Shown here: positions 11,855 through 24,815 of the stretch, piece after piece
Position numbering within the stretch: position 1 is the first letter of the stretch
Layout of the letters: every line of letters starts with the position of its first letter
Assembly (NCBI GenBank): GCA_039545335.1
Contig: BCIN01000008.1
Span: forward strand, 569,528-633,527
DNA from: Kondoa subrosea
Taxonomy: Eukaryota
Reading direction: 5' to 3'
DNA: 64,000 nucleotides
Made by a program: the position numbers and the translations under genes
The notes under the pieces: generated by a model
Database searches by the model: none
What the model saw: only the letters and a program-made list of their open reading frames with translations
What the model was told of the DNA's origin: nothing

Positions 11855-13629
11855 TCAGAAATCCTGCTCTGTCATGATATCCCCCAATCTGATCTCTACT
11901 TCTATACGCTCTTGATAATAGACTGGAAATAAGCCTTTCTTCCGCCAACTCCTTTGCTCGCAACAGGTTCAAACAATCTATCGTAAGCCACTGACTGTTT
12001 TGCTCGCTCAAAGCAGCATAAGTATGTTCTTGCTTTGTTGTATACGATCATCTCCGAGCCATGATTTGCTACAGCTTCACCCGTCGCGGAATCCCAGCGC
12101 AAACCCAGTTGAATCTAGTTATGCCATTAGCATAGTTTCCTATGAGGTGAAGGAGCATACTTTGAGAATCAAAGGAGATTGAGTCTTGTGTTTGCGGTAC
12201 TAGAGAATATATTTTAGCCTCGCTGTTTCGCTCGATATATAACAGGAATTTCTCACATCTCCAGCCTCTATCGGTTCAGTATGTATTTCTTCTTTTGGTG
12301 CTTTGTTTCCGCCATGTATGAACTTTTCTCGAGCAAGATCAACAGCCTTAGCTTGAGGTGATGGTGTCAATACTATTTTGATGCCATTCGCTAGGACGAA
12401 GCTGGGTCGCAGAATGACAATTTGGCTTTGAGACTTCTTGCAAGCGTCTTTATGACTCTTCCAATTCGTCTCTAGGGCTCTCGATAAGCTCACACCCGAT
12501 GTAATTACGTCCACTGACTTTGACAAGCACTGGACTATTGGCTCAAATTAGCGTTTTAGACTCGAGCTACCATGCGTTTGCTTACACAGTACCAAAGTAG
12601 TTTGCATCCTGAACATAACATGAGTTTCCGCCGATCTTCACCTTCCTTTTTCCCACACTCAGCACATTTCTTCTCTTTAAGTTTTTCTTCTGCCAAACCT
12701 TCTCTTCTATTGATATGCTCTTGTATTTTCGCCATGACCCTTCTACCGCATTTGAAGCGAAACTGGCTTTGAATTCAAGGAAAGTGGCATTAAGGACAAA
12801 GGAAACACGTACATCTCGAGCGATAAGTCCATCCGCATCAGGAATATCCAGACTCGCACCCGCACTGAGCAAAGCATCTAGAGCTTCCAAATCTCGCTCA
12901 CTGTTTAACCATGTCATCTATCTATCGCAGCTGTACGGAGAGAGAAACTTACTGCAATTCATAGTGATTGGAACAGTTCCGTACTTATCTCTGAAATCTG
13001 GATCGACACCTAAATCCAAAAAGACTTTCGCAATAGGTACCGAATGACGATCTTGTTGCAACGCATGCCCTAAGCAGGTAATTCCTGCACAATCGCCCAG
13101 ATTAAGGATCCGCTTCCTTTCCTTTTCATCTTTGATATGCGAAGCCAGAAGTCGGATTACTTTTATATGTCTTTCAGGATCAGGGTAAACGCAACCCATT
13201 GATCTTTGCATGCCGAAAACAACCAAGGAGAAATACCCAAATTGCCAACAACCTTCCAATTTATCGAGAGGTGGATTGGATCCGATGTCGAGCATGAAAG
13301 CGACCCGTTCCACGTTTGCTGTTGCAAAGGCTAGCGCGAAAGGCGAGTAGTCGTACCAGTCTACAGGTCAGTCAATCAGCATAATATTGAGTAGGACGGG
13401 AAGAACATACTGAAATCCGTGGAAGCCTGTTGATACAATGTTCGAAGACGTTGTCCTCCTGCAAGCTACCATCAGGGCGATCTTCTGCTATGAAAAAAGA
13501 CTTACCACCAAAAGTCTACTATCGTCTTCAATAAGACTCCCGCAAAAGAACATATACGAGATAGCTCGCCTTGAGATATCCTGGCCTCGCTAGCAGGGCA
13601 CGCATCTCCGGTGAGAAAGTTTGAGGCAT
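11855..13629 (-). CDS. Ankyrin-repeat plus MYND zinc-finger protein; apparent 1-nt frameshift near the C-terminus
   Basis: Ankyrin-like DCAGITCLGHA...LGVDPDFRDKYGTVP...LLSAGASLDIPDADG; CAECG...CSGCK..WYC...NWKSHKDAC; C-terminal MIVYNKAR...KGVGGRKAYF. The start is tentative. Confidence 0.78.
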
Positions 13630-13801
13630 AGCCGTAGAAGTTCAGAATGACAAAGAGCGAGATAAGGCAGCAGAATGTGATACAACAGAGAGAGACTAGA
13701 TATAACAGGTAACAGGATACAGAAAGCCTCAGATCAGCAGCGAAATGCACGCCGTTTGAGCTCAAAACACAGAAACTAGGGTTGCGCTCGAACGCTCTTC
13801 A

Positions 13802-16070
13802 ATGCCTCCAAGTAGGCCTGCAGTTGTGACTCGCGTGGAAGACGACGATGATCCGTGGAATGCCGATGATCCGACGACTGTAGAAGCCTTTACCTCTGCC
13901 AATCTAAGCCAGCTCTCGCTCGGAACACCTAATCGGCCAAGCACCTCTTCCAGCAGCACAGTCTCGCCGCCTTCAGCTGTACGGTCAACTTCTGCTTCGA
14001 TATGGGACTACTTTTCAGGCGCGACGCGAAGACAGAGTTCCACAGAATCGGTCACTTCATCACAAACACAGTCGAACAACAATACTTCTTCGCCGACTCA
14101 TGCGAAGAAAGCGAGCCTGAATTATCAATCTTCCAGGCCTCAGTTGAAGCCGATCACCACTGCTTCTTCTGCCCAGAACGATTCTTGGGTTCATGTACCA
14201 ACAACCTCCCCCGGTGCAACTCACAGGACTGGCAACCGTGATCGAGCAGATAGTGTTGCTGAATCCGAAGCAGACGACTCCTTGGATCACATTGTGCCCT
14301 TGAAAGATCGCGTTCCATCGCCTCTATCAGCCAGCAATAGACCTTTAGTTGGGCTAGGTCTTTCCAACGAACAGATGGCTGCAGCTGTTAAACTCAATGT
14401 AGAAGAGATAACAAGAGATCCAGCTTTACCACTGCAACATCTAAGAGTATCGGATTCAGGTCAATTCTACGATGCTGGTCCTTCTTTCCCACCTTTTTCC
14501 TTCGCTCCTTCCGTCCCAAAATCTGGATCACAGACTCCTTCACTTGCACCGTTCGCAAGTCCACCCCTTATGCCTTTCTCACAACCTCCCTTCCAATCCT
14601 TTGCTACAACAGCAACACCTCAAATAGTAGAAGAATCTCTTCCTTCATCAAACGAACCCGAATCTATAGCAGAACAAGAATGCAAACGAACAAGAAGGAA
14701 AAAAGAGAAATTCTTGGATTGTTTATGTAAAGATAATGTGGATTTGGGTAGTTTGAGAAAATTGTCTTGGGCTGGAATACCGGATGAACTTCGACCTATA
14801 GTTTGGCAACTTTTACTCGTTCGTCTCCTTTCACTTCTCTATACGCTTGTATAGCTTATAGGGGGTTTGGAATGGGCCAACAGGGATATTTGCCTGCTCC
14901 TTCTGCAAGAAGAATATCAGTCTTGGCTAGGAAAAGGCAAGAATATGCAGATGCGGTTCGGATAGCGTACGCTAAAGGACAAGAGGGTCTAAATCAAACA
15001 ATTTGGCATCAAATCCATATTGATGTACCAAGAACGAATCCTGGCGTGTCGTTATGGTCCTACGAAGCCACACAAAAGGTCGGCTTGTCGATTACACACT
15101 CAGTCTGTCGACTGATTTGGTAAGAGACAACACGACAGAGTCTAGAGAGGATACTATATGTCTGGGCAATCCGGCATCCTGCTAGTGGTTACGTGCAAGG
15201 GATCAACGATCTCGTCACTCCTTTCTTTCAAGTCTTTCTATCAGCCTATATAGGTGAGTCTTCTCTCCTTGTCCTCATCTCCATCTTGTTCTAATCGAAG
15301 TCAACCAGATATTGATCCTGAAACTTTCGATGTCTCTCATTTACCAACTTCCGTCCTTCAAGCAGTAGAAGCAGACTCCTTTTGGTGTTTATCAAAATTG
15401 ACTGAAGGGATACAAGATAATTACACACCCGGTCAACCTGGAATACAGCGGCAGATCAATAAATTGCGAGAGCATTGTGAAAGAGTAGATGGTATGTCTC
15501 TTTTCCGATAATTTTGTTTTTCCTATAGAAACGAAAGCTCAGTTATGACATTTGTCCAAACAGCTCCTTTGGCCAATCACTTGAAGGAACAGAATGTGGA
15601 ATTCATCCAGTTTGCATTCAAGTGGATCCACCTACTTCTATTACGGGTGTTACCAGTGGATGCTGTTATTAGGATGTGGGACTCATACATGGTCAGTGAT
15701 CATTGCGGAATAAGCATATGGCTCTTGCTTATGACCGCGTTGAAAACCTGACAGTCTGAGGGATCAAATGCGTTCAGCGAATATCATACTTATGTCTGCT
15801 TGGCTTTCTTGTTGAGATCAAGTGCAGCGATAAGGAAAATGGACTTTCAGGTAAGCAAAGCGCCCGATAGAAGTGTAATAGCTGAATGTTGAATCCACAG
15901 GCAATGATGTTCTTCTTCCAAGCACCAGTAGAACATGATGCTTGGTCTCCTCAAGAGACGGAAGTGCTGCTGAGCGAAGGCTTTCTTTGGAAAAGGTTAG
16001 TCACAATCCTCGAAACAGGGTTGTATCTGAATTTCCTCCGTCACACAGCATCTTCAGTCCGCACGGGTAG
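13802..16070 (+). CDS. GYP1: Rab GTPase-activating protein, Gyp1/TBC1D22 type
   Basis: LRKLSWAGIP.ELRP.VWQLL, QIHIDVPRT, WAIRHPASGYVQGINDL, EADSFWCL, QFAFKW, IRMWDSY. Confidence 0.93.
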
Positions 16071-16166
16071 TAACGATTCAAAGAAGTAATAGAATATTAA
16101 GCTAAAAGACATAATCCTTGTACATTTTTCATGACAGCATCATAACAGGTTTGCCTTTGTTTCCGT

Positions 16167-17385
16167 TCAGAGTCTCGCCGCCAAAGCTTTGAAGTGCTCT
16201 TGAGGTCGTCCAGACTGTACGATCATGTTTGAGCAATTATTTGATGTCTGTTTACAGAAAACGTACCTCGAAAGCACTTATAACGCCCAGAATTTCCTTG
16301 TAGTTTGTAGCTGTTACATCAGGGCCATGCTCGCGTAGCATCTTCTTCATGCCCAGTACAGCTACTCGATCGAGTTTGGAGAATGAATCTGTATTGGATG
16401 TTCACTTTCCATTCGCTTGGGAGGAAGCCAGACGCACCTTCCACTAGCTTGACCAATCTTTGCTGGAATCCGTCACGAGGGAAAACTTCACTATGGAAAG
16501 AGTCAGAATTCCGGTCTCAGTGTGCAAAACCTAGCAGCTTACTTGAGGAAACCGCATTGCTTCAATTCTGATGCAGGGATTCTTTTGCCGAGGTATAAAG
16601 CTTCTTTAGCTTTGGTGATACCCATTCTTTGTACAAAGGTGACGCTTGAACCTCCTTCTGCAGTCAAGCCGAGCCTGTACATTCACCGCATTACCGAAAG
16701 ATACAAGTTGTCTTCGGAACAGTAAAACGCACGATGTGAAAGGTGTATAGATATACGCATCTTCAGTCGCGTAGCAGAAATCAAAGTGACCCAAAAGTCC
16801 AGCAGAGAATCCAACCGCTGGTCCGTTGATGCCAGCAACAAGGACTTTGGAGTAATTAGCGAGCAAGTTGACCAAGTCCAAAGAGCCGGATGCGAATCGT
16901 TTTACGTAAGATACATGAGTGTTGAGATCTTTCCCATCTGGTACGTATTGCTGCGTTACATCTATAGACACAGCACCGGGTAATGTTCAGACGCGGGGTT
17001 GATCAAAGAGATTTCACATGATGTTATGCATACCTGCTCCAGCTGAGAAGAAGCGGCCTTCGCCAGTGACTGTACTTAGAGAGCTTGAGTTCATGTAAAG
17101 CTAAGGGTAGAATGAGACCGACCGATGACAGCGAGCGCATCTGATCGTTCAGCCTCACGAAGTCGCTGACTAAACAGTTCATAGGTATGGCTGCTCATCT
17201 GATGGACGGAATCAGGAAAGGAGAATACAGAGAGAAGAAGCAGAGCTACAGAGTTGCCTTGCTTAGGCCTGTTCAATTTGATCAATGCGACATTCTTGGT
17301 TGGAAACTGCCATTCATGCGATCAGAATAGGTCACAGACATCCGAAGACTGAGCACACTTCAAGCAACACATCTTGGAGAGACAT
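16167..17385 (-). CDS. Peroxisomal 3,2-trans-enoyl-CoA isomerase (crotonase family) with PTS1
   Basis: IKLNRPKQGNS, TGEGRFFSAG, KVLVAGINGPAVG, YTPFTS.LGLTAEGGSS; ends ...KALAARL*, where ARL is a PTS1 variant. Confidence 0.88.
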
Positions 17386-17781
17386 AACGAGCAATTGGCG
17401 AAACCTTGGTTGGCGGTAGACCTCAATACCTCATGATGAAATTTTCCCCAGACATTGGGCGGGCAAGACTCTGCATTATCATGCAATATGGACAGAGGGG
17501 CGTCTGTCTCTGTCTCTGTCTACTTGTCTGCTATTCCAACAGTATCGAAGTCATCTTCTGCTGCAGCCGCGTGATCTTTCGAAGTCGTGACTGTATGTGC
17601 GAAGGCGTCTTCTGCTCTTTCTTTCTGTCTAATTGTCTTCTGTTATGCCTGTCGTCTCTCCCCTCTCTTGTTCTTGACCGTATCAATTTCCTCAGAATGG
17701 CTACTGTTTGTGGGCCTTTCGCCTTTTCGCATAAAGCGGAAGCTGAGCGAAGAATGCACAGCTTCTCCATCTCAAAAGACC

Positions 17782-18860
17782 ATGTCTCAATTCCGTTCTT
17801 CCTGGCTGTCTCCTATGCCCAATAAGGACAGTGACATATCGTCCATCATTAGCAATGGCAGTACTTCTGGTCTTGATATGCCTCGTGCCGCTTTCATATC
17901 AGGTATGCCAGGCTTTTCCGCAAAACAAACAGCTGCTAATATGCCTAGAATAGCTTTTGGTCAAGATATGAGACGAGACTCTATGTTGTCTTTGGCAGAA
18001 GACGAATTTGGATGGAGTGGTACGCTCGAAGAAAATGTCACATGCTGTGTTTCTGAACTCATAATTCGTCTAAGGTGCTGCTTCTGGTATCGATCAGCAG
18101 AAGAACAAAATCAAGACAGACAAGCATGGTAAAATCACTGGAGTACAATCTCGTCCAGGTCAGCTCTCTTCCTCCCGTCCATACATCATTCTGATTTCTA
18201 TCACAGTGTATGGACCCTCTGATGAAATTGCTGGCTCTCTTCCTATATTGGGCAAAGAACGTCCACCTATGGCACGATCTCGCTCGAGCGAAAAAAGTCT
18301 GCCGAAAGGCAGCCCTGAGAAGGAGGTTTCTTTCGCTCAACCTCCGCCAGCAATAACAGAAGAAGAGCCAAGCGGTCTCAGCAAGCTTGTTCGCAAGCTC
18401 AGCCGTAAGAAGTCTTCCGTTTCACCACGAACTAGAGTCAGAAGTCACTCGCTCGGTGCAAGCGACGGTATTGGACCTATGCCATCCCAAGCTGAATTGG
18501 ATCAGATTCGGCTATATGTTGCTCCCAAGTCAGCTGGGTAAGATCGTCGTTCTAGCGTGACCTGATTCAATGCTGATCGATACAGAAAACAGAATCAAAG
18601 ATGCACCGGCTTTATCTTCTTACGCCCCTCGTCCACCTCTCGAGGATATGATCAGCGGTAAACCTCAAGTGACTAGATCTATAACTGTCAAACAAGCTCG
18701 AGTCAACTATTCGAAATCTCTTTCAAGCAAAGGCAATGATAAGCGAGCTACTATATCCAGCGCTGAGGCTTTGCACCGTCGTTCGGTCAGAGCTAGGAGT
18801 AAGGTCATCCCTGAAGGCTGGGCTAAGGCCCCCCTGGAAGAAGAAGAACAGGTGAGCTGA
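17782..18860 (+). CDS. Hypothetical Ser/Pro-rich protein
   Basis: Consecutive ORFs (17782-, 18206-, 18590-) joined by short GT-AG introns; no domain recognised. Confidence 0.55.
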
Positions 18861-19039
18861 CGTCCCATGCTCTGCGAAATATCGCTCAGTATGGTCGTCG
18901 CTTTCACAGGCCAAGTGATGAGAGACTGCAGCTGCTAGTAATTGAGTTGTGTACATGGACTTTACTTCCGTCTCAAGGGCTCGGTATAACTTGTATATCG
19001 CTTGGTGCAATTTATTCCTTGGTTCCTCTTCTGCGAGCG

Positions 19040-19909
19040 ATGACTTCAGTTCGACAATCTGACTTGATCAGCTTCTTGCTCGAGCTGCTACCACCAGCTG
19101 AGCAGCACTTGCCTTTGATCTACCACACATCTCGCTCTCGTTTGCCTGTCAAAGAGATATTGTTTGCAATCACACCAACTCAAGGCCTTTACGCATCCCT
19201 CACTCCAAATACTGCTGTATTCTTGCATAGACCATGGGGACTCGATAGATCTAGGCTCTTTTCTTCTACGATGGTTTTGGCTTCGCATCAAAGACTTGAC
19301 GAATTACGTAAGCTACACTAGAATCCTCAATATTGAATGCGCTCAAACTTTCTTTGACTAGTGACGACGGGCTACAATCGACCTCTGCTAGCTCGATTGG
19401 GAGTGATGGAACCGTTGAGCGAAATAATAGGGTATAAGAATGATGGGGAGCGCAAAATGGGCTTGATCGGGACTGCTATTGGATCAACAGATTATTGGAT
19501 TGATCGGATTAGAGTCGAATTCGATGGACTGGAAGGGACAGCGCACACAGAAGAACTGTCAAGACCTATCCGAGCATTAGCTTGCCTAAACGCGTTTGAT
19601 GCTACTATGGTTCAAAGAGTTGTGACAATGGCCGAAGAGGCCTTCGGTGTAAAGTCAGAAGAACTGCTGTATGTTACTGGAGAATCGAGGAAAGATGGTC
19701 TGGAAATTGCCCAAGCTTTGGACATGCCCGTCGTCTTTGCTGGACATAGAAGAGCGGAACTATGGGCTATCCGCTATCTCGAGCATCTCGTCAAGCAACA
19801 ATGGCCTCACATCAGGACTAGAGTCATTGACGAACCTGAAGAACCGCGAACGGATATCAGACCTAAGGTGCCAAAACAAGAGGTCGACAACGTACCAGAA
19901 GCAGTCTAG
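19040..19909 (+). CDS. NIF3/DUF34-like metal-binding protein
   Basis: FAITPT, FLHRPW, LASHQRLDE..TTGYN, RKMGLIG, ACLNAF, LYVTGE, VFAGHRRAELW; one intron near 19308-19361. Confidence 0.75.
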
Positions 19910-20366
19910 CTCTTTGCGGGGTAGTAGCTTGAGAACTTGACATCAGCAACAGCCTTCGCTGGAAAGGAAGTTTCGCGATGATCATCGCCGCGGGAACGGA
20001 TCGCACAAGCTATTGCAGTAAGCCAAGTCACTTGTAGTCTTGATCGGTAGGCTAATGATCAGCAAAAAGATCAGACAGACAAGAAGCGCAGCAGTAATAC
20101 AACTCCGCAGCAGTATACTGTTTAAATTCGTCACCAAGTGAAGCTTGAAACTAAGAAAATTGGTCTTCTCTTCTCTGCCGTCAAGGGAGAAGCAGTTATG
20201 GCCGGACACGCGACAGTAGTGCCGGAACTCAATAGCGGATTGTATGCGAATTTTCGATACTGCAGTCTATTATTGCAGTCTCGCCATAAAACTCCAACGT
20301 CATTGAACATTCATTGATTTACAGTCGCCTCACGCCCTTGCGAATTTGCACAATATCATACATCGA

Positions 20367-22906
20367 CTAGCTGTTGACCTTCTTCATGAACTGAGTTACT
20401 CTGCCCAAATCCTAGAGGAAAGCACGCAAATCAAAACATGCCTACATCTGCCGAGGAAGCAGAACTGACCAGGTGCTCTCCGTCGCTTTCCATAGCAATC
20501 AACAATTGATCCAACATACTATCCACCCTATCTACTGGTACGCCGCAACATTGAGCAATCACTTTCTGATAGCGAGCTTCCAAGTCGTTTGATGATCCTT
20601 GAACATGTTGAATCCTTCGACGAAGCAAATCAATGACTCTTGCATGCCAAGTCCACAACCTTCGTAACCGAATCAGTTCACTTTCTGAATTGCCTTGAGG
20701 AATCGCAATCTCGGTATCATCGTTTGCGAAAGAAGGTAAATCTGATGCTTGGAGGACAGAGTCTTGTGACTGTATGGCAAAAGTAGGATTGTTTGATGGT
20801 CGACCGTCTATTTCTAGCCGTCCAGTCCAATCAAAATTCGATTCGCTGCTTAAAGCTCTTGAAAGACTCTTGATCCTCGCTTTGTGTTCTTCAACTTGTG
20901 AGTTGACAGCTCGCCAATGCGTGACTTGTTTTCTCTGCTCAGCAAGATCTCGCGTTGCTGTTCGAAGATTTTCTTGTGTTCGCTCCAAGGCATCTGATTT
21001 TCCTTTGAGTTCCGATGCGAAATCAGATCCCAGATTAGTGATGATCGCTGTGAGCTTGCCCAGTAGTTCTGTAGATGTTGGCTTGACTGATGAAGCAGGA
21101 GTTGGATGCAAACCATTCATGGCATCTTCGATAGGAGCAACAGCCAAGTTCTAATGTCGACCCATAAGCCATTCGTAGATCGACTAGGTAAACAACGCTA
21201 CTCACTTCTGCATCTAACCCGAAATCACCAGGTCTCAAGCCTAATTTGTTGGCTATGCTTTTATCCGCTCCAACTCCTACTAACGCTCGAACCAAAGGAA
21301 TTGATCCAACTCTCGCAGCAATGTTTAAAGCCGTGTCCCCGTTGGAATCAACAGCATCGACCAAGATCTTGAATTCTGCTTCCTCGTTTCTTGCAACATA
21401 TTCCAGTATCAATTCCATGTAATATTGAGCTGAAGCATGTCGACCTTTGACACCGCTGATCAAACAAATGTGATGCAGAACTGATCTACCAGCATCATCG
21501 ATTGTTCGAATTGAAGGAGCTAAAGCCGCTAAGAGTTGAGGGAAAGAATCTTGATCGAAATTGTTAGTTGCAAGAACAGCTCTAATGAGAGGCGTTTCTC
21601 CAGAATGATTGCCGCGATGAACATCTGCGCCCAGGGCGACCAGTGATTGAATGAGAGGTATTCGACTTAATGCAGCTGCCCAATGTAATGCGGCATGCAT
21701 ATGATCATCAATCGGTGTATCGGGATCCAGATCAGCTGGCAGTACGCCAGACAAGTCCGAAGGCAAAGTTGTCGTCTCAGCAAAGATCGACATGAGGATT
21801 TGTCGATGCCTTTCGTTTCGTGATGGATCTTCATTGATGGAGCTGACTTGTTTCGCAGGCTTGTTTGCGCTTCGTAATTGATGTTTGGGTTCTTGATGCG
21901 TGTCATCGCCATTCGATAAGCCTAGTCTGGCTCTTTTGCTGTTCGGTTGAGATGGATCGTCATTAGTCTGGTCTACACTTGAAGCATCATCGGCTTTTCG
22001 TTTGTCTCCTGTTGTTCTTCCAGTCCCATTTGTTTCACCAAAGACGACAGGCGAGGGTGCTAAAGCTGAAGAAGAATCGCCCGGCAGAGCCGAGGGAGCA
22101 GGACAATAATCTAGAAGAGGTCGTAGAAGATTGCTGATGTTGTATTGATCAGCTAAAGCTGTTGCTCGATGAAATGGTATCCTGTAATTCTACTTGTAAG
22201 AAAAGACGGCAGGTAGAGGAAAGGGTACATGACTGACCAAGTCCCTTGATATCGACCGTAACCACCCTGAACCTTTTCGTACTCGCCAGTAGCAATAATA
22301 TCCTTGTCTAGGACTTTTGTTCTACGACCTTTGTCGACGCCAGCAACTTTGAGCAATTGAGTAGCATTCATAAAACTGTCTGCTCTTCTTCTCATTACTC
22401 CAATACCTCTGACCATCATTTCATACACCGGTACACTTGAATAGACAGCCATGTAGACATGAGGCTATTCGTTGAAACCAGTATCAAGTCTACAGTCTCG
22501 ATATGGTAACTTTTTCCGAAGACTTACATTGCCTTGTACATTCGGATTTGGATAGCGACTTGCTCTATAAGAGCAAAGAGAGACACAAGAGGAATGAGAA
22601 ACACAGAACTTCGAATCTTTGTAATAAGGCAAAATCGCGTCTCGCTCGACAAAAACAACTCGAGCGGCATTGCGTGCAAAGACGTGACTTGGAAAGGGTG
22701 ACTCACTGTTTAGGCTGTTGCGCAGGCTGCTGCGGTTGAGGCGTAGGCTGCTGAATAGTCATAGCAGAGGTGGAAGCCTGAGGCATTGGATCCTGCTGAA
22801 ATTGCGCTTGAGGTGGACCCATTTGACCATAGGAAGCAAACGCGTTGGGATATTGATACTGCTGCTGCCCTTCATTGCCTGTGTAGCCTTGATAGTGCTG
22901 TTCCAT
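20367..22906 (-). CDS. MBP1: MBF/SBF-type APSES plus ankyrin transcription factor (Mbp1/Res1/Res2-like)
   Basis: [10 protein letters not shown]...[20 protein letters not shown]...[14 protein letters not shown]; ankyrins [26 protein letters not shown]-terminal coiled coil. Confidence 0.9.
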
Positions 22907-23047
22907 AGCTTCGCGTGGTCGATTCAGCGCAAAAACATCGTGATTTGATAATCCGCCTTTGCCTTGCTACCGTCACTCGTATACTTAGACAGCCAGTCTT
23001 GCGAGTGTAGCCTTGGATTTGCGTTTTATCTCTTTCCTGTTTTCGCG

Positions 23048-24815
23048 ATGAAGAATCTCGAAAGTGATCAAGACTTGATTGAGGTCTTGCAGTCTATAGA
23101 CTGCCTACTCTTTGATATCGATGGAGTCATATGGGATGTCAATTCTGTGCTTCCTCAATCTCCCGAAGCTTTAAAGCTATTCCATGACTTGAATATCCCT
23201 CATTATTTCGTGAGTTCGCTTCACTTGTATGCCGTCGTAATGCTAATACATCTTCTCCAGCTGACGAATAATGCTTCGCGTCAGCAGTCTACTGGTTGCT
23301 TGTGAATTCGCGCTGATTCACGCGCAGTTGCCCGCGCAACGATCATGGCCAAGTTTCATAGACTTGGTATGGATTGGGTGAAGAAGGTCAGTGGATGCCT
23401 GTGTCCTTTAGTTGAAGCTGATGATCGGTATAACAGGAACAAATCTATACAGTTCGCTTTGATTCTACCAATTTTTGACGATCTTAACGCGAGTCTGCCC
23501 TTAGTCAGGAGCCGCTTCGTGCGAATACATCCAGAAGACTTTGCTACCTACGCTCCCGGAAGATTGCCGAGATATTTACTTGATAGGCGAAGAAGGTCTG
23601 GAATCGGAACTGAAGGATGCTGGTTTGAGTTGGTCGGGAGGCAGTTCAGCGGGTCAGCGATATTTGTTCAGATTTTGCACTTATGATAGCTGATCATTGA
23701 GCTAGAGGACAACGTTCTGCTAAAATTTCCAGATCTGTCCTCTATACAACCTAATCCTCGTATAGGTGTAGTATTGCAGAGTGAGTTTGACTTGTGATCA
23801 AACGCTTCATTCTGATTGACAGTCTTGCAGGTCTAGATTTGTAAGAGCTGCAACCGTAGCACGTGTATGGAATACTCATACGGCGATTTACAGCTCGATA
23901 AAGTGAGTTTCAATCTGATCGAGTGTCAGCTGGGTACTTATTGCGCAACAGCTACAAGAAGATCACCAAAGCATACAATGTCAGTCCTCAATCATATCTG
24001 CTTCGCTATTACCGATTCCGATCTCTGCAGTACTTGTATCAAAACCCGTCTTGCAAGCTAGTTCTTACAAACGCAGATGAAGATTTCTTTGCTGAAGAGA
24101 AGAGAATTAAATGCGCTGGCGAAGGAGCGTTTGCTAAAGTTCTCAAAGATATGGCTGTAAGTCAAGAGCCTCCTCAGTAGCAACTTCTGTTCGCTCATGT
24201 TTACGCTTCTTGACTGCCATAGCGACCGGAGAGGACCATAATTGTCGGTAAGCAATCGCTCTCGAGCCCAGATACACCGGCTCAATTATTGAATAGGTAA
24301 ACCAGAGTACGCGTCTTTCAAGCAATGATTGCGCCAGCTAGCTTAATTATGACGAGCAGGAAGACTATGCTTGATGTGATCATTGACGAGTATGTTGCAA
24401 AGCGAGTCAAAGGGTTAGGCTAAATGTGGTTGAATAGCTTCGGATTCGACCGAAGTCGTGTTCTCATGGTCGGTGAGTACCTCAATTGTGCTCTGGTCCG
24501 AGAATTGGGCTGACTTCTAAGGGCTTCAGGCGATCGATTAGGTTCGCCAGCTTCGCCTTGTGCTTTTCCTGCGTTGAATTCTTCAATAGAGAGCGACATG
24601 TTGATGGCAAAGAGAGGCGGCATCCAAAGTCTGTTGGTCCTGTCAGGTGCAGCTACAGAAAGCGTATGTAAATTGGATTTTCGTCTTGTCTTAGCTCATC
24701 TGAAGTATAGGACGTCTCGCGATTGGCCGAAGAAGACAAACCAACCTACATGATCGAGCGTCTAGGTCTCTTTGCTAGAATAGAAAAGCAGAAGATTGCC
24801 ATTAGAGGTTCATAG
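23048..24815 (+). CDS. HAD-IIA phosphatase (Pho13/4-nitrophenylphosphatase-like), many micro-exons
   Basis: LFDIDGVIW, TNNA, LTNAD, GEGA, VGKP, LMVGDRLESD, LLVLSG reconstructed across more than 12 short introns. Confidence 0.88.
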
